Below are positions 9,517 to 15,821 of a stretch of 38,974 nt of DNA, in pieces. Location of the stretch: IMG/VR virus record IMGVR_UViG_3300045988_024033. One strand, written 5' to 3'. Within the stretch, counting starts at the first letter, position 1. Each line of letters begins with the position of its first letter. Below the pieces are notes generated by a model. That model saw only the letters and a list, made by a program, of their open reading frames with translations, made no database searches and had not been told where the DNA came from. Both the position numbers and the translations under genes were made by a program. Source of the stretch: a virus.

Positions 9517-10207
9517 GAAGATAAACAGAACTTACGTTGTTATCAAGGCTGACCCCCTGCGGGTCAAGCCTTCTTATAAGTCGAAGCTGAAAAAGACCCT
9601 TGCGGTCGGTACGAAGGTACACGCCACGAAAATCAACGGCTATTATATCTACGTTCCCGCACTCAAAGGCTGGACAATCTGGAAAGACTCGAAGGGGCAG
9701 AAGTACGTCCGTCTCGTATCCGTGCCAAAAAGCACAAAGGCGGATAAGCTGCTGGCGGCACTGAAAACAAACGCCGCAAAGATGATTAAGGCGCACGTGA
9801 AGTATTCGGCTAACCATGCTTGTAAGAGCCTAGCAAGCGCCTTGAAGAACAAGAGAACGAACTGTGCTACATATGTATCGTTTGGCTTGCAGTCAATCGG
9901 CGTGCTTCCGAAAGGAAAATACATTTGGCTTGATACAAAGATTCACGGGTCCGGAAGCTCCATCATCCGGAAGAAAGCAAAAATCACATATCCCCGGAAG
10001 CCGTGGCGAACCGCAAAGCTGAAAAAGGGCGACATTTGCGGTTTTGCCAATAAGCCGCATACGATGGTATACGCCGGTAAGAGCAAGCATGGCTATCCTC
10101 TGTGGTATTCGGCAGGCGGTTCCGATGTGAAAGCGAAGAACTACGGACCGAAACGAAAGAAATCTTATGAGAAGCGGAAAATCTATGTGAGGATTCGGTT
10201 GAAATAA
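9503..10207 (+). CDS. Second putative lysin: SH3b-like N-terminus plus NlpC/P60-like (papain-fold) C-terminus, very basic
   Basis: There is no in-frame ATG near the 5' end. GTG 9503 lies after GGAAAGG and overlaps the amidase stop. The candidate Cys is in TNCATYVSFGLQ and the candidate His in KKGDICGFANKPHTMVYAG. Confidence 0.5.
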   Translation: MAKSRKINRTYVVIKADPLRVKPSYKSKLKKTLAVGTKVHATKINGYYIYVPALKGWTIWKDSKGQKYVRLVSVPKSTKADKLLAALKTNAAKMIKAHVKYSANHACKSLASALKNKRTNCATYVSFGLQSIGVLPKGKYIWLDTKIHGSGSSIIRKKAKITYPRKPWRTAKLKKGDICGFANKPHTMVYAGKSKHGYPLWYSAGGSDVKAKNYGPKRKKSYEKRKIYVRIRLK

Positions 10208-10455
10208 TGACTAACGAAGTAATATGGACAAAAATAGTGCTTGAGCGATTCATCGAACAAGCCAACTTGTCAGAAGATGAGGAAATCGTGATTCGGACCC
10301 GGGCGGCAGGGTGGAGCAGAATAAAGCAGGCAATGGAGCTGAATTTGTCTGTTTCAACGATTGATAGGATTATCAGCCGGTTAAAACGGAAGTACGATGA
10401 AGTGCAGGCATCCGACCCAATCCTACCCCCAAGGCAACGTGGAGTTTACAAGTGA
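10207..10455 (+). CDS. Small sigma-70 region-4 / LuxR-type HTH DNA-binding protein
   Basis: LSEDEEIVIRTRAAGWSRIKQAMELNLSVSTIDRIISRLKRKY is a region-4-like HTH. The TAATG overlap indicates translational coupling to the upstream gene. Confidence 0.6.
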   Translation: MTNEVIWTKIVLERFIEQANLSEDEEIVIRTRAAGWSRIKQAMELNLSVSTIDRIISRLKRKYDEVQASDPILPPRQRGVYK

Positions 10456-10470
10456 ATAATGTGATAGTAA

Positions 10471-10511
10471 GGCGGCAGTTAATCGAAAGATTAGCTGCCG
10501 TCTTTTTTTTT
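10471..10511 (+). terminator. Strong rho-independent terminator ending the late/lysis operon
   Basis: GGCGGCAGTTAATC-GAAA-GATTAGCTGCCGTC followed by nine Ts. Confidence 0.85.
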
Positions 10512-10544
10512 ATCATTAAATCACAAACAGAAAGGAGAAAAGCC

Positions 10545-10871
10545 ATGTACGGATTCTATCAGCAGCCATACGGCGGCAGTGAACAGCTTATTCGGGTAAC
10601 TGGACTTGACGGCGCTAAAGCGTATCAGATGCGCCCTAACAGTGCCGTAGCGCTATTCGATGGGGCGGAAGATATCTTCTATCTCAAGTCAACCGACGGT
10701 GCCGGATTCCCGACGATTCGGGTCTTCCGGTTCGAGGAAGTCACAGCTACACCGGCAGCGGCGACGGAGTATATCACCAAAGCGGAATTTGAACAGTTCA
10801 AGGAGGAATTTTTAAATGGGCAGCAGCATATTCAGGAATCAGAACAACCAAATCGGAGAGCTAGCAAATAA
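10545..10871 (+). CDS. Hypothetical protein (108 aa)
   Basis: The RBS AAAGGAGAAAA precedes ATG 10545. The product starts MYGFYQQPYGG...IRVTGLDGAKAYQMRPNSAVALFD. I cannot name a family. Confidence 0.6.
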   Translation: MYGFYQQPYGGSEQLIRVTGLDGAKAYQMRPNSAVALFDGAEDIFYLKSTDGAGFPTIRVFRFEEVTATPAAATEYITKAEFEQFKEEFLNGQQHIQESEQPNRRASK

Positions 10872-11019
10872 GGCAAAAGCCATGATGAATGATTCAAGGC
10901 AGATGCAGAACGTAATGGGTATGCTATCCGGAAAAGGAATGTCAGCGGAACAAATGGTCCGGTCCATCTGTAGAGAGCGTGGAATCGACGTGAACGAATT
11001 CATGAACAGCATCAAATAG
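10816..11019 (+). CDS. Hypothetical small protein (67 aa), overlaps upstream gene by 56 nt
   Basis: A strong AAGGAGGA sits 9 nt upstream of ATG 10816. An alternative start at ATG 10882 lacks a good RBS. Confidence 0.5.
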   Translation: MGSSIFRNQNNQIGELANKAKAMMNDSRQMQNVMGMLSGKGMSAEQMVRSICRERGIDVNEFMNSIK

Positions 11020-11057
11020 CTAGCGAAACTTAGAATCGGCATTAAATGTATCGATTC

Positions 11058-11084
11058 TGACACGAAATGACACGTTTTGACACG
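11058..11084. repeat. Three direct TGACACG repeats with exact 10-bp period
   Basis: TGACACG occurs at 11058, 11068 and 11078, directly after a 7-bp inverted repeat (11032-11058). Confidence 0.8.
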
Positions 11085-11130
11085 ATTAAGCACACATATT
11101 TTAAAAAACACCCTATTTTTTTTAATAACC

Positions 11131-11208
11131 ACTTGCGCAAGTGAAAGTTAGCGAAAGTTATTTTAATTTTTTAGAAATTATTTGACTTTCGCGGAAGTTA
11201 GTTAAATT
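11131..11208 (+). promoter_or_regulatory. Putative regulated promoter region of the accessory operon
   Basis: It contains a 12-bp perfect palindrome ACTTGCGCAAGT (11131-11142). GNGRAAGTTA occurs three times (11141, 11151, 11191). TTGACT at 11182-11187 has a weak -10 TAAATT at 11203-11208 with 15-nt spacing. Confidence 0.35.
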
Positions 11209-11258
11209 TATCGTCAATTATTTTACTTATTCGGTCTATCCGAAGGAAGGAGAAGAAA

Positions 11259-11843
11259 ATGGAAAACATGAGTTTATCTGACATTGCCGCTGTCACAAAA
11301 GATAATGATGATTATTTTGGTAATGGTGGAATGTGGATTTTCGCACTGCTGATTCTCATGATGATGGGCGGTGGCTATTGGAACAGGGGCAACAATCAAG
11401 CTGAACCTGTCACCGAAGCTGGGTTGTGTAATGCGATGAACTTCAACGGACTTGAGAATTCGGTCGGGAGACTTAATGATAGTCTTCAGAACGATTACAT
11501 GGGATTGCAGAACGGTATCTCTAATCTCGGCTATGAGACATTGAGAAACTTTAACGAGACTCAGAACAGAATCTCAGATTGTTGTTGTATTACCCAGCGT
11601 GGCATTGACGGCGTGAATTACAACGGCGCAATCAATACCGCAAACATCAATGCGAACACTACGGCACAGACCCAGAAGATTCTGGATGCGTTATCCCAGA
11701 ACAAGATTGAATCGTTGCAGGCACAGGTTACACAGCTTCAGATGCAGAATGCAATGTGTGGAGTTGTAAGATACCCTAACGCTACTACCTATTGTAGTGG
11801 GGCTAATCCGTTCGGAAATTGCGGATGCGGTAACGCCATCTAA
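11259..11843 (+). CDS. Membrane-anchored Asn/Gln-rich protein with Cys-rich C-terminus (194 aa)
   Basis: The RBS GAAGGAGAAGAAA precedes the ATG. It has one TM helix (MWIFALLILMMMGGG), a CCC motif, a coiled coil (QNKIESLQAQVTQLQMQ), and ends CSGANPFGNCGCGNAI. Confidence 0.7.
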   Translation: MENMSLSDIAAVTKDNDDYFGNGGMWIFALLILMMMGGGYWNRGNNQAEPVTEAGLCNAMNFNGLENSVGRLNDSLQNDYMGLQNGISNLGYETLRNFNETQNRISDCCCITQRGIDGVNYNGAINTANINANTTAQTQKILDALSQNKIESLQAQVTQLQMQNAMCGVVRYPNATTYCSGANPFGNCGCGNAI

Positions 11844-11886
11844 TAGGGCGTAAAAGTCAAAGGACATAGAAGTCAAGGAGGGAATT

Positions 11887-12291
11887 ATGAGTTGCAGAAG
11901 TGCGATTTATGCAGTAAATACCAGCACGGCGACGATTCCGGAAGGCGGAACGTATCAGCCGAATACCATCATTAGAAGGTTTGGTCAGTGCTGCCAAATG
12001 GCGAACAACGCCATGCAGCTGAACGGGCAAGGCTACTATGATGTTGCGGTCACTGCTACGGTAACCGGAACGGTTGCGGGCAATGTGACCATGACGGTGT
12101 ATCAGGACGGGGCAGCGGTTCCCGGCATGAATGCTACACAGACCATCAAGGCTGTTGGCGATACCGTCACGCTCGGAACAAGTGGAATCGTGCGGGTGTA
12201 CTGCGGTAAGAACAGTTCGACTCTTACTATTGTTATCGGCGGTCAGGCGGTCACCGGAAACAATCTTGCTATTGACATTACAAAACAGTAA
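11887..12291 (+). CDS. Small beta-rich protein resembling BclA C-terminal / C1q-TNF-like jelly-roll domains (134 aa)
   Basis: The RBS is AAGGAGGG. The pattern ...LNGQGYYDVAVTATVTGTVAGNVTMTVYQDGAAVPG...TLTIVIGGQAVTGNNLAIDITK fits that domain. The family assignment is by eye only. Confidence 0.6.
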   Translation: MSCRSAIYAVNTSTATIPEGGTYQPNTIIRRFGQCCQMANNAMQLNGQGYYDVAVTATVTGTVAGNVTMTVYQDGAAVPGMNATQTIKAVGDTVTLGTSGIVRVYCGKNSSTLTIVIGGQAVTGNNLAIDITKQ

Positions 12292-12305
12292 GAGAACAAA
12301 TGTTC

Positions 12306-12334
12306 TTGCATGAACTTTGAAAGAGGTGTATAAT
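12306..12334 (+). promoter_or_regulatory. Sigma-A-like promoter TTGCAT-N17-TATAAT
   Basis: TTGCAT is at 12306-12311 and TATAAT at 12329-12334, with exactly 17-nt spacing. No ORF lies downstream before the terminator. Confidence 0.4.
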
Positions 12335-12340
12335 ATAACT

Positions 12341-12434
12341 GTGAATTTTACCATGCGTTCTGGGTCATTGAGCGCCTCCTTTCATTAAATACGAGTTCTA
12401 TGGAAAAAGAGTCGGAATTGTCCGGCTCTTTTTT
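12341..12434 (+). ncRNA. Candidate small RNA (about 95 nt) between promoter 12306-12334 and terminator 12404-12434
   Basis: A promoter plus terminator brackets a non-coding stretch that contains the CU-rich GCGCCUCCUUUCAU (anti-Shine-Dalgarno-like) sequence. Confidence 0.3.
12404..12434. terminator. Bidirectional rho-independent terminator
   Basis: AAAAAGAGTCGG-AATTGT-CCGGCTCTTTTT has an A-run before and a T-run after the stem. It serves the + strand accessory operon and the - strand ORF ending at 12434. Confidence 0.8.
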
Positions 12435-12652
12435 CATGTAACAACTGCAAGCGATTCAACGTAAACAGCGGTCCTATTCACATAGCCTTGAACGGTATTG
12501 ACAAGGAATCCTTTAATTTCCACGAAAGAGAAGAGTGGAATATATGTCACGTCTTCACCAACGCATCGGATAAATACGCCATCGCAATTCACAATAAAGA
12601 AATTCTTGCACCGATGAGATAACAAGCCAATAAGATTCACGTAATTAGTCAT
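12434..12652 (-). CDS. Hypothetical small protein (72 aa)
   Basis: On the - strand the RBS AAAGGAG lies 7 nt before ATG 12652. The stop abuts the bidirectional terminator. It is divergent from the XRE gene. Confidence 0.55.
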   Translation of the reverse strand: MTNYVNLIGLLSHRCKNFFIVNCDGVFIRCVGEDVTYIPLFSFVEIKGFLVNTVQGYVNRTAVYVESLAVVT

Positions 12653-12807
12653 ACACACACTCCTTTCATGGTTTCAAGTAATATGTGGCGATTTTATACC
12701 ATACATTAAAAAAGCACAAACCTTTTACGTGGTTTAAAATACGACAAAAAAGTCCTTTTTTAGCCCTGTCCAAAGTGATAAAATGCAATAGAATGGAGGT
12801 GTTTAGG

Positions 12808-13371
12808 ATGAAAATTGAGATTCACGAAATATTGAAGTTCGTACGGCAAAAGTCTAAAAAATCACAAGAAGAACTAGCATTTCTGTTAGATGTTGACGTT
12901 AAGACAATTCGAAAGTGGGAGACCGGGAAAAGTGAGCCGCCATGTTCAAAGGTTGTAGAATGGTTCCGAGGCGTTGGCATGAATCCGATACCTTATTTGC
13001 TTGTGTACGCATATCCTAATGATTTCAAATTGGAAGAAATGCAGGATGCAGACAAGATAGCAAAGCTCTATGAACTCATCACCGAGAACTTGACCATCGA
13101 AGACAAGAAGGCATTGGTTCAGATTTTTTCGGGGATGCACGGGTCCAGTCCATCATCCGTGATTCAGTTAACGCTAGCGCACCTTAGCAACCCATTGTTG
13201 GAGCGAATTTATGTTGCAGAATTTATACTGGAGCAGTACAGATTCAACCATATGAACGACGAAGAAGGTTATCATCCAAATATAGAAATGCTGGAGCGGG
13301 CAGTGCAGGCAGCCAAAGAAGCCGTCGAGAAGGGCGATGAAGGCTACATCAATACAATGGATGATATGTAA
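12808..13371 (+). CDS. XRE-family HTH protein with about 125-aa helical C-terminal domain of unknown function
   Basis: GGAGG lies 8 nt before ATG 12808. KKSQEELAFLLDVDVKTIRKWETGKSEP is an HTH_3/XRE motif. Confidence 0.75.
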   Translation: MKIEIHEILKFVRQKSKKSQEELAFLLDVDVKTIRKWETGKSEPPCSKVVEWFRGVGMNPIPYLLVYAYPNDFKLEEMQDADKIAKLYELITENLTIEDKKALVQIFSGMHGSSPSSVIQLTLAHLSNPLLERIYVAEFILEQYRFNHMNDEEGYHPNIEMLERAVQAAKEAVEKGDEGYINTMDDM

Positions 13372-13485
13372 CGGGAGTGTAACATTTTTTTAGTATACAC
13401 CAGTATGCACCAGTATGTATTAGTTGCACGGACTGTTGAAAAGTAAGGGCTTTATACAACCAGCGCCTACCAGTGCATACTATGG

Positions 13486-13515
13486 TGTCGGGTTCGACTC
13501 CCACCATCTCCACCA
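13486..13515 (+). other. attP core: 3' end fragment of a tRNA gene (T-loop, 3' acceptor strand, CCA)
   Basis: GGTTCGACTCCCACCATCTCCACCA reads as GTTCGACT T-loop, CCCAC, CATCTCC, A, CCA. No matching 5' acceptor strand lies upstream, so this is a fragment and not a gene. Confidence 0.75.
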
Positions 13516-13516
13516 A

Positions 13517-13553
13517 TAAAAGCCTTGAGACTCAAATGTTTCAAGGCTTTTTT
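13517..13553. terminator. Bidirectional terminator downstream of tRNA fragment and of int
   Basis: GCCTTGA-N11-TCAAGGC is flanked by AAAA and TTTTTT. Confidence 0.7.
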
Positions 13554-13596
13554 ATTTTGAGAAGTAACGAAAGTGTAACATTTTGAAAATTTCCGC

Positions 13597-14718
13597 CTAC
13601 TTTTCCACAGATTTTGAGAGCATTTCGCCCAATGCGGAAGCAAGCTTATCTTCTTCTTCCTTCTTCTCGAAAAGATGCGTATAGATTCCGAGGGTCGTTG
13701 AAACATTAGCGTGACCCATGCGCTTTGATACGGTGGCAGGGTCAGCGCCAATAGAAATACAGATAGAGGCGTACGTGTGCCTTAGGGCATGAAATGTAAT
13801 AGGCTCAAGACCGATGCGTTCCATGTAACGGCTTAATCTTTTGGCGCATTGTTCCGGGTGGAACGCTTCACCATTTTGTTCTTTGATTAGATAATCCGAA
13901 TCTACCCACAACGGACCGAGCTTCAATTTCTGCTCCATGTGATGTTTCCGGAGCGCCTTCACATCACGAATCACAGGTTCAGGAAGGATGCACAAGCGTT
14001 CGCCGGAGGACGTTTTGGTATCCTTCACGAATTCGTTTCCTATCCGGTGCATATATCTAGTGCGCTGAATATAGAACTTTCCATCATCTGGTATTTCGTC
14101 TTCCAAAATCCCCATTATCTCACCACGACGGAGGGAGCCGAAAAGCGCCAGTTCGAAGCAGACCCTTTGGTCGAGGGGGATTTCGTCAAGGTGAGAGCAG
14201 AACACGGTGAAGTCTTCCGGCGAAAGTATCTGAATTTCTTTTTTCTTATTGGATGGAAGTATAACGTCATGGCACGGATTGCTTTTCAAGAGTTCCCAAT
14301 TAACCGCAATGGAACAGCAAAGACGGAGGATAGAATAGGTATCTTTCACGGTTTTCGGGGACAAGCTCAAGGATAAATCATCTATCCACGCCTGAATGGT
14401 CCGAGGTGTCAATTTAAGCAAGTCTAGCGTTCCCATAGTGGTGTTGATTCTCTTAAGTGCAGCGTTATAGCCGTACACGGTATTTTGGGATTTGGCGTTG
14501 ATAACCTGATTCCATACGGCGCTACACATATCAGACACTGTTTTACACTGTGAGGACACGCCGGAGATTGAATCAACCCAATCATCTATTTGATTGTTGA
14601 GGTTCTTTTTCGATGTGGCATGGAACACCTTTGATTTCTGCTTTCTTTTCCCGGTATAGTCCGGCTCTAAGTCTACCCATACCCGGTATTTATTCCGTTC
14701 TAATTGCTTAATATGCAT
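13597..14718 (-). CDS. int: Tyrosine recombinase (phage integrase)
   Basis: The C-terminus has HALRHTYAS...GHANVSTTLGIYTHL, part of the R-H-R-Y catalytic pattern. ATG 14718 (MHIKQLE) lies after AAGGAAG. The track start at 14739 is a TTG. Confidence 0.95.
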   Translation of the reverse strand: MHIKQLERNKYRVWVDLEPDYTGKRKQKSKVFHATSKKNLNNQIDDWVDSISGVSSQCKTVSDMCSAVWNQVINAKSQNTVYGYNAALKRINTTMGTLDLLKLTPRTIQAWIDDLSLSLSPKTVKDTYSILRLCCSIAVNWELLKSNPCHDVILPSNKKKEIQILSPEDFTVFCSHLDEIPLDQRVCFELALFGSLRRGEIMGILEDEIPDDGKFYIQRTRYMHRIGNEFVKDTKTSSGERLCILPEPVIRDVKALRKHHMEQKLKLGPLWVDSDYLIKEQNGEAFHPEQCAKRLSRYMERIGLEPITFHALRHTYASICISIGADPATVSKRMGHANVSTTLGIYTHLFEKKEEEDKLASALGEMLSKSVEK

Positions 14719-14722
14719 AACA

Positions 14723-15127
14723 TCACTTCCTTTGCTCAACTATAAAGGTGAGCTGTTTATCCATGTAATCTACTTCTGCATCATCCAAATCGGCTGCATT
14801 TATCCTAACGCAAAGGTCATATGCCGGTGAATTATCGGTAGCAGCTAAAAAGTCGGGATTATGCCAATCATGAATGAAGTCAAGATAAAGCTCCTTGTTA
14901 AGTCCATTAGGAATATCTGCTTCCGTGAACCCGGCAAGATAAGCCGGGTTGACATCTAAAACTTGTGCGAATTTTGCAACTTTATCACGTGGAATATCAC
15001 GTTCGCCTTTTTCAATCTTATTGATAGTGGACCGAGAACTATAACCGACCAACCGACCAAGTTCTGCCTGCGACAACCCAAGTCGCTCTCTTTCTTTTTT
15101 TATTCTTTCGCCTATATTATCCATCAT
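14723..15127 (-). CDS. cI-like XRE-family repressor
   Basis: IGERIKKERERLGLSQAELGRLVGYSSRSTINKIEKGERD is an HTH_3 motif. The gene is adjacent to int and divergent from the early operon. Confidence 0.85.
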   Translation of the reverse strand: MMDNIGERIKKERERLGLSQAELGRLVGYSSRSTINKIEKGERDIPRDKVAKFAQVLDVNPAYLAGFTEADIPNGLNKELYLDFIHDWHNPDFLAATDNSPAYDLCVRINAADLDDAEVDYMDKQLTFIVEQRK

Positions 15128-15206
15128 TAACTGCCTCACTTTCTGTAGTTCTTATTGATATAGTACCATAATGTTAAACAAAAATTAAATAATAATTAAA
15201 AAAATG

Positions 15207-15235
15207 TTGACACGTAGTCGACGTAGTGCTAATAT
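15207..15235 (+). promoter_or_regulatory. Early rightward promoter, TTGACA-N17-TAATAT, overlapped by CGTAG operator repeats
   Basis: TTGACA is at 15207-15212 and TAATAT at 15230-15235. The CGTAG core occurs at 15213, 15222 and 15239 (direct) and as CTACG at 15253 (inverted). Confidence 0.8.
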
Positions 15236-15270
15236 AGACGTAGGCTTAAAGTCTACGAAAGGAGGGAATC

Positions 15271-15477
15271 ATGACCGACAAGCAGAAGTTCGATGAGCGT
15301 GTTCAAGAGTGCGGCTACAGAATGGAATATGTGGCGGAGCGACTCGGGATTACCGTTCAAGCCTTATATAACAAGCGTTGCGGAACTAGAAGCTTCACGG
15401 CGCCGGAAATCAAGACGTTATGTGAGCTGCTGTCAATCGATACGATGGCAGAAATGCGTGATATTTTTTTGCGTTAG
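15271..15477 (+). CDS. Cro-like HTH regulator
   Basis: It is the first gene of the rightward operon. The RBS is AAAGGAGGG. The HTH is MEYVAERLGITVQALYNKRCG. Confidence 0.7.
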   Translation: MTDKQKFDERVQECGYRMEYVAERLGITVQALYNKRCGTRSFTAPEIKTLCELLSIDTMAEMRDIFLR

Positions 15478-15510
15478 ATGTTGACAAATAGCCAACGAAA
15501 GGAGGGCAAT

Positions 15511-15702
15511 ATGTACGGATTCGTAACGGTACCGGAATTCAGTATGCTAATGGGAATCAGCGCTGACACGGTATACAGGTTAGTCAAGAATGATGCAATC
15601 CCTTACTACAGGGTCGGGCGGAACATCAGAATCAGAATTGACGACTTTAGAAAGGGGCGTGAACCAGACTATGAAGAATTCCAAATTCTGGAAGATGATT
15701 AA
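15511..15702 (+). CDS. Excisionase-family (HTH_17/MerR-like) DNA-binding protein
   Basis: The RBS AAAGGAGGG precedes ATG 15511. The motif is FSMLMGISADTVYRLVKNDAIPYYRVGRNIRI. Confidence 0.7.
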   Translation: MYGFVTVPEFSMLMGISADTVYRLVKNDAIPYYRVGRNIRIRIDDFRKGREPDYEEFQILEDD

Positions 15703-15820
15703 GAAATTCCTCGAAGATGAAGCGGCTGATGAGTACAACGGCGACACGCTGGGAATGTACATCGGAGGCACAATCGGAACGTTATTGATGGTAGCAATGA
15801 TTTTGTACGGAGGTATGTAA
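15671..15820 (+). CDS. Possible small membrane protein (49 aa)
   Basis: It has a C-terminal hydrophobic helix, GGTIGTLLMVAMILYGG. The RBS is weak and the start is uncertain. Confidence 0.3.
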   Translation: MKNSKFWKMIKKFLEDEAADEYNGDTLGMYIGGTIGTLLMVAMILYGGM

Positions 15821-15821
15821 G

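Noticed and set aside
11857-12354. 165-aa minus-strand ORF fully overlapping the C1q/BclA-like gene
   Set aside because: The product is Arg/Ser-rich and unstructured in appearance. The nearby minus-strand SD is spaced for a different 6-codon frame. The + strand gene has AAGGAGGG and domain-like sequence.
13430-13515. Possible complete tRNA gene ending in CCA at 13515
   Set aside because: Only the T-loop, the 3' T-stem strand, the 3' acceptor strand and CCA are present. No GGAGATG 5' acceptor strand, D-arm or anticodon arm can be folded from the upstream 90 nt. It is interpreted as the attP copy of a host tRNA 3' end.
13467-13751. 94-aa minus-strand ORF spanning attP and the integrase 3' end
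   Set aside because: It crosses the tRNA fragment and a terminator hairpin and overlaps int in another frame. It has no RBS.
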